A stretch of 64,000 bases of DNA, taken from Podarcis filfolensis. Taxonomy: Eukaryota. Position 1 is the stretch's first letter; each line of letters starts with the position of its first letter. The notes under the pieces are model-generated. The model had not been told where the DNA came from and searched no databases. It saw only the letters and a program-made list of their open reading frames with translations. Where the stretch lies: assembly GCA_964270895.1 (NCBI GenBank), contig OZ185436.1. One strand, 5' to 3'. The translations under genes were made by a program, and so were the position numbers. This document shows positions 34,916-49,289 of the stretch, in pieces.

Positions 34916-37140
34916 TCTTCTGAAGATCATGCTCTTCTGAAGATCATGCTCTTCTGAAGTTTACTATACAGCGGAAAGGAGCAGCCAAGCATACTAGGAC
35001 TCAATTTCTTGACTTTAAGAAAGCCGACTTCATAAAACTTAGGGAAGTGCTGGGTGAGATCCCATGGACAGTAATACTAAAAGGAAAGGGAGTTCATGAT
35101 GGCTGGGAGTTTGTTAAGAGGGAGATAGTAAAAGCACAACTTCAGGCAATACCAATGAGACGGAAACATGGAAGGTGCCTAAAGAAGCCAGGGTGGCTAT
35201 CTAAAGAACTTTTAACCGAGTTAAGATAAAAAAAGGATGTGTACAAAAAATGGAAAAGGGGGGAAACCACCAAAGAGGAATTCAAACAAAGTCAGAAAAG
35301 CTAAAGCACAGAATGAACTCAGGCTTGCTAGAGAGGTTAAAAGCAACAAAAAAGGCTTTTATGGGTATGTTCGTAGCAAAAGGAAGAACAAAGAAACAGT
35401 GGGGTCACTCAGAGGAGAAGATGGTGAAATGCAAACAGGGGACACAGAAAGGGCTGAACTCCTCAATGCCTTCTTTGCCTCAGTCTTCTCCGATAAAGAA
35501 AACAATGCCCGACCTGAAGAATTTGGAGCAAATGATTCAGCAGAGGAAACACAGCCCAGAATAACTAAGGAGATAGTACAAGAATACTTGGCTAGTTTAG
35601 ATGTATTCAAGTCTCCAGGGCCAGATGAACTGCATCCAAGAGTATTAAAAGAACTGGCAGATGTGATCTCAGAACCACTGGCAGTCATCTTTGAGAATTC
35701 CTGGAGAACAGGCGAAGTCCCGGCAGACTGGATGAGGGCAAATGTTGTCCCTATTTTCAAAAAGGGGAAAAGAGAGGACCCAAATAATTACCGCCCAGTC
35801 AGTCTGACATCAATACCAGGGAAGATTCTGGAGCAGATCATTAAGCAAACAGTCTGTGAGCACCTAGAAAGGAATGCTGTGATCACCAATAGTCAGCATG
35901 GATTTCTGAAAAATAAGTCATGTCAGACTAACCTGATCTCGTTTTTTGACAGAATTACAAGCCTGGTAGATGAAGGGAACGCAGTGGATGTAGCCTACCT
36001 TGATTTCAGCAAGGCATTTGACAAGGTGCCCCATGATATTCTTGTAAAGAAGCTGGTAAAATGCGGTCTTGACTAAGCTACCACTCAGTGGATTTGTAAC
36101 TGGCTGACTGACTGAACCCAAAGGGTGCTCATCAATGGTTCCTCTTCATCCTGGAGAAGAGTGACTAGTGGGGTGCCACAGGGTTCTGTCTTGGGCCCGG
36201 TCTTATTGAACATCTTTATCAACGACTTGGATGATGGACTCAAGGGCATCCTGATCAAATTTGCAGTTGACACCAAACTGGGAGGGGTGGCTAACACCCC
36301 AGAGGACAGGATCACACTTCAAAACGACCTTGACAGATTAGAGAACTGGGCCAAAACAAACAAGATGAATTTTAACAGGGAGAAATGTAAAGTATTGCAC
36401 TTGGGCATAAAAAATGAGAGGCACAAATACAAGATGGGTGACACCTGGCTTGAGAGCAGTACATGTGAAAAGGATCTAGGAGTCTTGGTTGACCACAAAC
36501 TTGACATGAGCCAACAGTGTGACGCGGCAGCTAAAAAAGCCAATGCAATTCTGGGCTGCATCAATGGGAGTATAGCATCTAGATCAAGGGAAGTAATAGT
36601 GCCACTGTATTCTGCTCTGGTCAGACCTCACCTGGAGTACTGTGTCCAATTCTGGGCACCACAGTTCAAGAAGGACACTGACAAACTGGAACGTGTCCAG
36701 AGGAGGGCAACCAAAATGGTCAAAGGCCTGGAAACAATGCCTTATGAGGAACGGCTAAGGGAGCTGGGCATGTTTAGCCTGGAGAAGAGGAGGTTAAGGG
36801 GTGATATGATAGCCATGTTCAAATATATAAAAGGATGTCACATAGAGGAGGGAGAAAGGTTGTTTTCTGCTGCTCCAGAGAAGCGGACACGGAGCAATGG
36901 TTCCAAACTACAAGAAAGAAGATTCCACCTAAACATTAGGAAGAACTTCCTGACAGTAAGAGCTGTTCGACAGTGGAATTTGCTGCCAAGGAGTGTGGTG
37001 GAGTCTCCTTCTTTGGAGGTCTTTAAGCAGAGGCTTGACAACCATATGTCAGGAGTGTTCTGATGGTGTTTCCTGCTTGGCAGGGGGTTGGACTCGATGG
37101 CCCTTGTGGTCTCTTCCAACTCTATGATTCTATGATTCTA
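34916..37140 (+). mobile_element. 5'-truncated, inactive CR1 LINE (ORF2 linker, RT, C-terminus and 3'UTR) in PPARG intron 5, antisense to the gene
   Basis: RT motifs [48 protein letters not shown]. Catalytic FADD is mutated to FAVD (36266-36268). Stops at 35227-35229 and 36074-36076 plus a frameshift near 35290. Tail ccaactctatgattctatgattcta. Confidence 0.97.
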
Positions 37141-37344
37141 TTGCCTTCTGGCATTTTCCCTGTCTTTCCCAAGACTTAGGCTTGTGGTGGCTTTCAGTAC
37201 AATTGCAATACTAGGCTTGCATGTGTGGCTTGGCAATGTCCTATTAAGGCAGCTGGTTGCAGGAATCATTTATGACGCACTTGGCAACATGGTTGGCACA
37301 CTTCTTGCACTGACTTGCCTGACTGCGCTCATGGAGACCTTTCA

Positions 37345-37490
37345 AAATAATAATAATAATAATAATTTTATTATTTATACCCTGTCCATCTAGCTGGGTT
37401 TCCCCAGCCACTCTGGGTGGCTTACAGCACACATAAAAAAATGGTAAAACACCAGACATTAAAAATTTCCCAATACAGGGCTGCCTTCAC
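37345..37490 (-). mobile_element. L2-clade 3' tail with (AAT)n
   Basis: ctagctgggtttccccagccactctgggtggcttaca; aaaaatttcccaatacagggctgccttca. Confidence 0.7.
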
Positions 37491-37661
37491 ACAGGTCAGC
37501 TGTTTGAAAGATGGGCATCTCCAGCTACCTGCCAAACAGCTTTTAGGAAGGGATTTAACCTGCCTTTGCTCTTAGCACCATCACCACATTCTGTGCCCCA
37601 ACTTTTTGGTCCCTCCCAATTACATTTTTCAACAGGTGGCACTTGCCATTTTCTTTTTTAA

Positions 37662-37803
37662 NNNNNNNNNNNNNNNNNNNNNNNNNNNNNNNNNNNNNNN
37701 NNNNNNNNNNNNNNNNNNNNNNNNNNNNNNNNNNNNNNNNNNNNNNNNNNNNNNNNNNNNNNNNNNNNNNNNNNNNNNNNNNNNNNNNNNNNNNNNNNNN
37801 NNN
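37662..37803. other. Assembly gap (142 N) in PPARG intron 5
   Basis: Run of n characters. Confidence 1.
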
Positions 37804-40800
37804 AAAATAAAAATCTCTGTCAAACGTTCATAGAAAATTTCATAGAAAGTTCTACACACTGCCAGTGGTTTAGCTGACTCACTTTAGGAAATATGGTCAC
37901 TGCCTATTTCCTTCCATTGTGGAGCAATGAAAACATGTTGACATTCCTTTGCTCACATTTTTCACTTCTCGTGTGATTATTTCACTATCTTTTGTCACCA
38001 GCAATTTACTTCTAAATTGGTATAAAGCTTTTGACAAAAACAGCAGTCCTTAAAATAATATCTCATTTGCCCCCCATCCGCCTTACGTTCTTAGGGGAGG
38101 GAACTTCAAGCTGTTGTTCAACATAATTTCTGGCCTTGTGTTGCGCTTCATTTTAAGGGACACACGCAAACTATAATTTTAGAAGCTTGTGAGCTGAAAA
38201 GATGGTCAAACGCTGATGAATAATTGTGGGAAATATTTGTGTTCGAGACCAATTGCCAATAACTTACTGCTGCCTCTTTTGCTAATGTATAACCTGTTAA
38301 ACTCACTTAGCCACAGGAAATGACAACTTGATAACCCAAACCTATGGTGTGCACACTGCAAAGCAAAAGTTAATAAGTAAATCAATTACTGAACCATCCA
38401 GCTAAATGGAGAAGAGGGGCGTAGCCTTTTTAGGGCTCTTTAATCAACCTATGCATTGGGCACAAACAGGGGAGTATGCACAGCTTTGTCTGAACAGCTT
38501 TGTCTGAACCGGCTGTACTGATATGGCTTAATAGGATCTGTGGCTTTCCAGGGTTCACAGCAAATGCTATGCCATCACCACAAGTAACCACACCAGTTAG
38601 TTGCCCTTACATCAAGGTTTAGAGTGAAGGGATCTCAGCATTTCCAAAATTAACTATCAATAATAATTTATTCAATCCTTTCTAGATATATCTTTATGTA
38701 TGAAAGGTCACAAAGTATGTATTTCTTCATAGTTAAATGATGTGGCAGTTCTTAATATTTACAGATGTTACTATTTTGGCTTTTCGGGGATAGTGTAGCT
38801 TTAAACATCTGGTTGCCAATCTACAGTATTACCCTGAAACATCTGGATTCTGGATGAGGCAGCAATATAAAACTCAAACAAGCATGAAGTCTATAGCCTA
38901 TTTCCAGTGTTTCTGAAAAGCTAGAGAATTGCTCATTTGTTTGCCTCACTTAAGAATTAGTATTTTAATGAGGCAAGTTCTTTCTAAAATAAGACTGAAT
39001 GAAGGGAATCTTGATGATTTTCAGCCCATTGGGTGGAATCCAGTTAGTGTCAATCTGGTGAAAGGAGGCATCTGTCAGCAGAACGGGGATGGGGGCAATT
39101 TCTCCTCCCCACTGCAGAACCCTGAGCAATGCCTGCTCCCATTGCTTCAAAGAGTTATGGGAACCTTCAAGGAGGAGATGTTGCCAAAAATTGGTTCCTT
39201 TTCTGTTCTGATGATGGATGCCGTCTGTCAGCAGGGTAGTGCCATTTAGATCCCATCCTCCCTAATGAAACATAGTTGGAATTTGAATAGTGACGTTGGA
39301 GTATTATGAAAGGAAAATAGGAAACTGCCTTCTACTAAGCCAGATCATTGTTGTCACTGACTGGTGGTGGTTGTGGCTCTCCAGGGCTCCAATCGGGGGT
39401 CTTCCTATATATTTATCAATACAGTTATCAAAATATTTTAGGGCAAATTGAACAGTGGTAACAAAGCATGAAGACCGAGGGCTAAAACTACCGACAGTGC
39501 TAACGCTTTCAAAATTAAAGTGACATCTGAACCACTACAAATTATCTACAAGTTTTAACTATACAGCTCAAAATGGTGGGGCTGAAAAGGATGAAAATGG
39601 TTAGAAGAATGTCTTTTCTAAATGTGGAAGCCTCTTTTGTTCCTCAGCATTTTCTCAGAGTTAATTGTACTTTCTGTTAATCATTGACTTCTGAAATGTT
39701 CATAAGAATGATTTTATGTTCCATGTACACATGCAAAATTACTGTGCATTTCTTATCTCTAAGAGAAATTGCTACTGAAAGTCAATAGGTATTTGGCTGA
39801 GAACCCTTATCATAGTGCTGGTATGAATCAGGCATGACTCAGCAGTTGCGTGCTTAACCATAATGAGTACAGCACAAATCAGGTTTCGGGCTTAAAGAAA
39901 TTATCCTCAGATGTACATATGATTAAATGTCTTTCATTTTTCTATGAGATCAAAAGAACAAATTTTGAAAAGGTAGGTAGGGATGGTGGTTGCTGGTCGT
40001 TAGGTTCTCATCTCCTCCCCTCCAGCTTGTGAGCAATCTTTAACCATTTCATGTACTGGCAGAATGACAAAATAGGGATTAAGAAACTACAGTTTAAAAT
40101 AGGTTAAGCATATAAATACTTTACACATGTGTGTGTACAACACACACATAGATTCTGCATAAAACCTCTGTTTTAAAACTGCAGTCTTCAAGCCATTTGT
40201 TCTCTCGGATTTTAAAGTGGTTTGTTAATGTGTTACATTATTCAAGTGATTACTGCAATTTTCACTTGCAAACTTGAACGTGTGCTACTTCACCAGAAAC
40301 CGCCACTGCTATTCATGTCCTAGTGATGTCCAGACTAGAGTACTGTAATGTGAATTATATCTGAAAGACAGTCTGGAATACAGTTAGTACTGTAGAGAAG
40401 ATTTCTATCTGTTACTGGGTGTGGACTGGCAAAAAAAAAGCTTTGAAACTGGCATATTATACCTACACTGTTTACAACTTTGCTTACAAGATAAATCAAG
40501 GTGCTATTTTTCATAACTGCAAGACTAAATGCAGGGAGAATCCTTTCCCCATATGAACTCCTAGGAATCTTAAGGGCAGTCACTGAGAATTTGCTATCAA
40601 TTCCTTCTTCACAGAAGGCAAAATTGTCACCCTCCAGGAATACAACCTTTTTTGTGGAGGCATTTAAATAGTGGAATGCATTTCCTTGGAAGTTTAATCT
40701 ATCTTCTTCTTACGTTTTCTTACCAAAGGTAGGTAAACACACACATTTTTAATTGTGACCTCAGAAATGTGATGCTTGCTTTTCCAATGTTATTATTTGG

Positions 40801-42399
40801 TTTTCAAAAAGTTTTTATTAATTGGTGTTAACTCCACTCTGCAAACCACTTGGTGAACTTTTTGAAACTTGGGACAGAAATATTGCAGATTTTAAAAAAT
40901 TACATAGTCAGCCATAATGATTCATGGCATTTGGGAAGTGACAGGCTTTCTGGTGACCTTAGAGGTGGGGCAGGCACATTGGGTGGCTTGTGTGGGAGGA
41001 AAGATGTAATCTCATTCCCCCGCACTCCGAATGCCACTATCTCCATCCATAAAACCTTAGAAGCTTCAAATGAAATAGATGGGATTCCACATAATCTCAT
41101 TTCAAAAAGAGGGGATTTCAAAACGTTTTATACTCTAGCAGAAAGTGTTGCCTTCAACCTCTTCCCTCACCTTTTCATTCTGTTACAGACCTTATTTATT
41201 TTTTCCAGTAAGCTTGTTGATGTTTAAGCAGGTGAGTATAAGCCTACGGACTTCGTTATCTGCTGACAAAGGGCAGAATTCAACTAAGTTGTTGTGTGCA
41301 TGGAACAAGGCACACATGCAGGGCACTATGTAGAATTCCACCCAGTGTACCCTTGATATCATTAGAATGGATGATAAACAACATTACTTAAACTGGTAGT
41401 CTATTGACTTCAGTGGGTCTACTCTGACTCAGGTAGATCTAGCTCACTGAAAATAAAAATTGCCAAATGAGATACCACATAGAATATTTGGTATTTTGAG
41501 GAAGGTGCAGACTGTTAATAAGTGCTAAATACCTCTGACAGTTAAATAAACCTTTGTAGGCAAAGGAAGGATATGTATTGGGATATACAAATCAGAAATT
41601 TGTACAACTGGACATACTTTATACTTGTAGCTACTAGATCAGCTTCAGAGGCACCGATGACTGAAGTATGAACTGTTTTGTAATTCAGTACTAATATTTA
41701 TAATTATCTATATTTGTCAAATTAATATTACTTGTAGTTGGGGAATGAGGCTCACATTAATCAAAAGACTTTAGCGTTATATTATACTGCTAGGAGCCAA
41801 CATTTAAAATAACTTTATCTAATAGAAAACAAAACATTTCTGAAGTTGTACAAATCCCAGTTTGCAGTCAAATACTGAATTCTATTAAAGCAAATAAGGG
41901 AGTTAACAGTATGTTTCTCATTTGTAGACTTTTCATTAATATGGGGAAAACACTCCCAAGACCATTGGCTCATATTATAAAAGGCCCCTTTGGGCTTCAA
42001 AATTTCATTGTAGCTATCCAAGAAATATAGCAGGGATCCCACTTGCCTTTAGTCAGTTAATTCAAAGATCTTGGGGACCAATTTATTCCAAAACCTTTCT
42101 CAAGTAAAGATATTCTGACGGCATATGTACTTAATAAATGTGATTTTAGTTTGTCTAATGAAAACACGTCACAGTGAACATGAGAGAAGTGCCAACGAGT
42201 GATTAAGCCCTTTAAAACCTGGCGCATGTCAAACCATGAAAATAGCGAATGCAGCTGGGAAGCAGGAAAGGAGACAGAAGAATGCACATAGGATTTGCTG
42301 GATGGGCTGTGCTTAGCAATGCTAATGCAACTCAGGGGGACAACAGCGGCACTTGGAGGATGTGGGACGAGTGCCCTCACTCTGGGGATGCTGGTGCTC

Positions 42400-42585
42400 C
42401 TTGTGGCAAGGGACTGCCATTCAGTTGTAGAAAATCCCAGGTTCAATCTCTGGCATTTGCAGCTCAAAGGATCAGTAACAGGTGATATGAAATGGCTTCT
42501 GCCAGAGGCCCTGCAGAATTATTGCCTGAGGAGGCAACAAACGAGCATATAGTATTGCCTGGTGTATATGGTAGCTTCCTATGCT
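42400..42585 (+). mobile_element. Degenerate Squam2-like SINE
   Basis: cccaggttcaatctctggcat...gccagaggccctgcagaa...gcttcctatg. Confidence 0.5.
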
Positions 42586-42602
42586 ATATTTTGTGATGAG
42601 GC

Positions 42603-42956
42603 TGTCAAGGTGAGGGCCATGCACAACAGTGAGGTAAACCAGGTGCAATGGAATGAAACCAGTACAGTAGTTAGAACGAACCAGGAGGCAGGATTGAGGA
42701 ACCAGCTTGGTGTCAGGGCTGAAGGGCAGCCAAAGGACACAGAAACATGACAGAGTTCAGGAATACCTGTTGCTCAAGCAAGGGTTAACTTGGACAGGAA
42801 GACCTCTTATACTACTTCCTGTCCAACGGCCAGCTTGGCTAGGCAGTCAGTACAAGGCCTGAGGATACCAAGATGCTTAGGCATATGGGCAACATACAGT
42901 TCAGAAGCTCACCACATGGGGCAGTAGCTGCATACAGACCAGAGCAGCTGCTGACA
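42603..42956. mobile_element. Possible solo LTR (Gypsy-like)
   Basis: TGTCA...TGACA inverted termini, purine-skewed interior, tgttgctcaagcaa followed by a reverse TATAAG. No TSD recovered. Confidence 0.4.
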
Positions 42957-43261
42957 GAAATCCCTAGAAATCTTGGAAGATACTTTTAACCTCTCAGGAA
43001 GGACAATTTCATCTTTCATAAAGGCAGATGCTTTATTGGCCTTCATTTATTTCCCTACCCTTTTATATTAAGCACAGTGACCAAAGCAGGTGTGGTGATG
43101 GGAGATTGCTCCAAGTGATACTGCAGTGCCTAGTGGATCACTCCTTCCCATTACCCACATCAACACTTATCATGCCAGCAGTTGCATCATGTGTGCCATA
43201 GGGTTTAAAGGGCTGTTTTGATTCCAGTGGCCTCTGTATGAAATCAAAGGAATATGCAGGT

Positions 43262-43440
43262 CAATTTAACCGCATACATTCAAAGCACATTTGAAGTACA
43301 CAGCTACCCACAAAGAATCCTGAGAACTGTAGTTGAACCCTCAGAGAACTACTGCTCCCAGCATCCTTAACAGACTCAAGTTCCCAGGACACTTTGGGGG
43401 CAGCCATGTGCTTTCAACGTATGGTGTGGAAGTGACCATA
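43262..43440. mobile_element. Palindromic MITE (same family as 23880 and 24150)
   Basis: catacattcaaagcaca...aagaatcctgagaactgtag...gactcaagttcccagga...tgctttcaacgtatggtgtg. Confidence 0.6.
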
Positions 43441-43641
43441 GTGTGAAGTGGACCTTCGAAGGCAAGAGCCTACTTATCAAATAGTTTCAGAGTTAACCAT
43501 GAGGATCTCAAGGCAGCTTACCAGGACTCAGTAAACCCAGCTGCCATTTCCTTTCCTGCAGAAACAGGTAAGGCATCAAGCCCTTTGCAGGGCAAACTAT
43601 ACGGCTAGTGTGCTGAGATATGCATGGTGGCTCAAGGTTCA

Positions 43642-44169
<528 letters not shown>

Positions 44170-47100
44170 CTACATAAAACACACTGTGCTACTGAAACTA
44201 GATACACGGAAATTAGGAAGGATGAATCATGGTTCAAGAACAGAAAGAAGTTGACAGGGAATGAGTATGTATTCCACTGGCATACTTAGGGGAGTAATTT
44301 TAGGAGTCAAAAGCCTCAGAGAGCAATGAAAGCAAAGGGGGTTAGGATGCTTAAACCATCTGCAAGTGAGCAAATCAGGCCATGACATTTTCCCATGCTT
44401 GCAAAGAAACTAGGTTTTTGGAGGTAGGCTGCTTTACAAACTGCTCCATGAAAACAAATTGATTTTTGTTCACCTAAACAAAGTCATAGTTTCCTTTAAG
44501 GTAAACTTCAATTTGAAAAAAAGAAGTAAACAGACTAAGAACATTGTTTTTTTTAATCATTTTTGAAACACATTATTGTCGTTGATTTTTATTTTTTTTA
44601 CTTTAGCCTGAAAAAATAATCTTTTTACAAGAATCCAGAATGATAATTAAGAAACTAACACTCTTTAAAGCCAGGATTTAAATTGCAGTACAAAGGCTTT
44701 CCCTAGAAACAGACATTACAAAGCATAGAAACTGCAAATTCACAGTAGTGTCATAGTCTAGCAACAACAGCTAGGAAACTACTACAGATGAGACTGGACC
44801 GAATTATCTCAGTTGAAAATGTATGACAGCTACCTCAAAATAGTTCATTTCAGCCCAAATGCAACAATTGCAAGGTTACAGAAATAATTTCATTTTAGAT
44901 AACTGAGGATAAATGTGATCAGTTACGCAGTACATAACTGTCCTAAATGTACTTAAAATGTGCATCACGTATAGCCAACATATTGCTCCTCAGATGTTGT
45001 TGGATGACAACTCTCAACAGTCCCAATGGCCAGGGACTTTTTGTAGGACAGTTACACTGATATTTATATATTTCATTTTTGGATCTGAGAAATACTATAC
45101 CTCATTTCCTTGGTTACGGGACATTTTTTAAATAAATAAATTTTCCCTATACCTTGGGAAGTATGAAGATTCTGCAAGCAGAGACATCTCATTGATTTTC
45201 TAAATATCCCCTTCGGCTCTCTAAAGCACTTCAAGACTTATTCTTATCCATCATGCCAGCAGTATATTGAATATTCTGCTGATGTTGGGGGTCTTTCACA
45301 AATTCATACAGCCCCTATAGCTTGTGGATCTTCTGTACAGGGTTGCACCCTAAACCACTGATCCTAAATGCACAGAGGAATTTAGTATTCTGAAGTATTG
45401 ATATGTTTGAAACATTAGGCATGGGGAACATTTAATCTGGGTTTCCATAGACTTACTGAACACTGCGGTACAATGTAATTACAGTATTCTGAATATATTC
45501 TTTAAGAATAATTGTAGTTTTTCAGCCACCACTGAAAAATTATTGTCCCTGAGGTTAAACCAGGTACATTCTGTGGTATCTGATCAAATATGGCTATTTT
45601 ACATTATGTTTGTGATAATCAAATAAAGAACATGGATATGTAGAACTCATTTGTTCCACTATAATATACTGGGCTTACAGTTACAAATGGTAAAGAGAAG
45701 GCACAGCTGCAATACCCACAGCACATTAATTAAACTGGACTGCCAAGTAACTATTTAAAAACCAAGGCTTTCTTATTCACAATTATTCTCATTTATAGAC
45801 AGCAAGTTGAGTTGCTATTCCAGCAAACTCAAGCAACGTATCATTAATGACATCTGTTCCTATTCACTGCTCTGTTATTTGGATGAAGATATAGATATAA
45901 ATGTTAGCAACCTTTTAAATAAGATGCTCTGTTCTAAGCAGCATGGAAGAAATATATTTCACAATAGCCAAGAAAATGTTAAATAAATGTTTCAATTCAG
46001 TAAGGAAACATGCAGTGCTGGTGTAGCAGGAAGATGCAAACTGGTGCAAATTGGAGAGGCTGAAATGGACTCTGTAACTTGCAAGTTTATTTTGCCATAG
46101 CCAGTGAGAGCAGTACATTCCAGAGAAAGGCTGGTTACTTAGTAATTTTAGACTGCACAAACTACTAGAGCATTACCAATCATTTACATGTGACGCAGAT
46201 GTGGGCACAATTAAAACGAGGAACATAACTTTAAATTGTGTCCATAGTAAACATTTTGACGTTTTCAGAACACAAAGTCCATTACAGTACAAATAATAAT
46301 AAAAGTTTTACTCATTATTTACTGAATGAGCGCATTTATTCTTACTATAGTGCTTTTAAAGTGTGCTTGAGAAAGACCATTTTACAGGGGGTTGTCTTTT
46401 CATTTATAGTTTTATGCTGGTAAATTCTACCCTGGTGGCAGGTTCTTCAATGTTCAGAGACAAACAAGATCACATGAGCACACCCCATATAAATTGCATG
46501 AGCAGTGCATTAGCATGATGTTCAAACACCACAATGTCACTTACATGGTCCAAATTAACTAGCTCACCTTGGCTCACCAAACACAAGATCACTTGGGCAA
46601 ACTAAACCCTGAAAGCTTTTGCAAATCTTGCAAAAATAACTACCGTAGGGCTATTAGGGATGTAACAACAGTTCTTCAAAATTGACTATTGTACTTGGGC
46701 TTCAGTTGTCAAACTATTTCCTTAGGAACAGTGTGGAAAGGTTTTCTGAGCTGAAAATAAATAATTTTTAAGATGGGGAAGAAAGGAGAGTATCAACTAA
46801 TATTCGAGGTATGCATCACTAACTGTGATGCTCCTTTGATGTAATGCCGAGTACCCATGGGAGTAGCCAGTATTGATGTTGGGGGGGGGGGCGCAGTAAC
46901 AAGCTCCAAAAGGACTTTGCCCCCAGGTACTATTGCTCCTGGTCTGGTGTCTGCCACAATCAGATTATATGGGGCATAGATTGAATTGCTATGCAAGGGC
47001 AGAATGCAGTCACTGTTAGGCATCAATAAATCCCAATGATTTCAACCAGGAAGATTTAATCTCATGCTAATTCTCCCATTGATTCGGAGGTACAAATAAG

Positions 47101-47179
47101 CCGAGTTTGGGGTTCTCTCACGTTTGTCATTTTCCCAGTCTTAAATTCGGTGTGCTACATATATGTATCAGTTTATTAT

Positions 47180-47400
47180 TATTTTGTTAAAAAAAGGCCC
47201 AACAAAAAAATCTTTAGCATTTTAGTGTGCATTTCTCACAATATACATATTTTTGCCCTATATGCTTTTGCAATGAATTTCACTTTCTTATGTTATTTTC
47301 ACTAATGCATACATTTTGATGTACAATTTCCACCAATGCCCACTTTTTTGTACAAATCATTTGTGTACAACATGCCTTCTGGAAGTGTGAATTAGGTACT
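47180..47400 (-). mobile_element. AT-rich DNA element fragment (AAAATGCAT family)
   Basis: tttagcattttagtgtgcatttctc...atgttattttcactaatgcatacatttt. Confidence 0.5.
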
Positions 47401-48804
47401 CTAAGCCATCAACTTACAAAGGTATTATGTTCCAGGGATCAAGCCTAAACCCAAAATTTTGGGTGGTATTTTTCCTGGATGCCTGGGGTGGTTGTTGTTT
47501 TACCAAGCATGTAAAGCTGAAAGTGCGCAAATTAAATGTATGTAAATTATGGGTATATTAAAATGTGAACCAAACAGAATTTCTCCCCCGTCCCTATTCC
47601 ATGGTACATAGAAAGTGCTTAACTTTGTTTGGATTGTGCCAACCCTATCTAAAGAATCAGATGCAATTCAGATGCAATCTAGATAAGAAACACCTACCAC
47701 TCATACTGATTTACAATCCCTTACATCTGAATACTCCAAAGTTGCAAAGGAGTCTGCAATGTCTGCTGTTGTCCAATACACAACAGCACAATAAAATGTA
47801 ATGGCATGATCAAACATGTTTAGGGCCAATTCTGTGCATAAATTAACATAACTGACTCTGTAAAACAAAGGAAGAGGGCAATGAAATCCACAATATTCTA
47901 TATAAGCCTAAAATAGTTTTATGGTGTCATAATGTGGATTGTAATGCTGCCATGTTTTATAATATAGTAAAGTCACACACAGCAATAGATGTTATATACA
48001 AAAAATGTTTCGTTATGTGCTTTGATTCTGATTTCCTTAATCCTTCCCATTGCCTACTTAGAATCATTTAATACTTTACATTGGCTTCAGAATCATATTT
48101 CTGGTGGTCAGTTTGTTAGTACCGCTGCTTGTATAGCCAAACAGCAACACCCATGCAGAACAGGGAGGTATCACAAGGCACTACAAAAAAAAATCTGTAT
48201 TGCTTGTTTTTGGTAATGAGTAAAAGGGTGATGAAAACAAGTTTCCTCACCTTTTTGTGGCAGGAATGTTCAAAAGGGAAACAGTCAGGTTCAGTGCAGT
48301 GTCCCCATTCAGCAGCTTTTAGGTTCATTGGTGGGCACAGAGCTTTGCTGCTTCAGACTATGGGATGCAGGGACAAAATTGGGATTGCTTTCGAGGTGAA
48401 TCAGTATCATCTACCTGGAGTTACAGGGTCCTGGGTGGTGGCAATGCAGGAAGGCCTCCTTACTCGCATTTTGGGTGTGGCCAGGGCAAGGGAGTAGGCC
48501 AACTATTTTCTGTTGGCAGGTTGTCAACCTGTTGGCTGCAGGCTTGGATTGGCCTGCTAAAATTCATTCTTTCTTTAATGGTTTTTCCCTCTGCAGGTGG
48601 TTTGTGCTTAAATAAAGGGGTCTGTAGTTTAACTCACACTCTGTATAGTGGGGTAGGAAAGCTGAAAAATATAAACACGCGGCAACCAATGCATCTCTTT
48701 CGTTTCAGATAGTATGTGGGTCTAAAAAGCCCAGGACACAAATTTTCACAGCCTTCTAGCAGCTATGGTGGTAACGTATTTAGTGTTTACTCTGGAAGTG
48801 TATA

Positions 48805-49046
48805 CAGTGGTACCTCAGGTTAAGTATTTAATTCATTCCGGAGGTCCGTACTTAACCTGAAACTGTTCTTAACCTGAAGCACCACTTTAGCTAATGGGGC
48901 CTCCTGCTGCCGCCGTGCTGCCGGAACACGATTTCTGTTCTCATCCTGAAGCAAAGTTCTTAACCTGAAGCACTATTTCTGGGTTAGTGGAGTCTGTAAC
49001 CTGAAGCGTATGTAACCTGAAGCTTATGTAACCTGAGGTACCACTG
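48805..49046. mobile_element. Tc1/mariner MITE, inverted copy of the 117-358 family
   Basis: TIR CAGTGGTACCTCAGGTTA / TAACCTGAGGTACCACTG; TA at 48803-48804 and 49047-49048. Confidence 0.93.
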
Positions 49047-49048
49047 TA

Positions 49049-49289
49049 CAGTCATACCTTGGTTTTTGAACAGCTTAGTTCACGAACAAATCAAACTCGA
49101 ACGTCGCATACCTGGAAGTAGGTGTTCCTGTTTGTGAACTTTGCCTCGGAAGCCGAACGTCCGGTGCGGCTTCCAATTGGCTGCAGGACACTCCTGCAGC
49201 CAATCGGAAGCCATGCCTTGGTTTCCAAGCGTTTCGGAGGTCGAACGGACATCCGGAACACATTCTGTTCAAAAACCAAGGCACGACTG
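49049..49289. mobile_element. Second Tc1/mariner MITE family, abutting the previous element
   Basis: TIR CAGTCATACCTTGGTTTTTGAAC / GTTCAAAAACCAAGGCACGACTG; TA at 49047-49048 (shared) and 49290-49291. Confidence 0.92.

Noticed and set aside
38481-38508. Short tandem duplications (CAGCTTTGTCTGAA x2; GAAATCAGCTTA x2 at 57734-57757)
   Set aside because: Ordinary replication-slippage events with no further structure.
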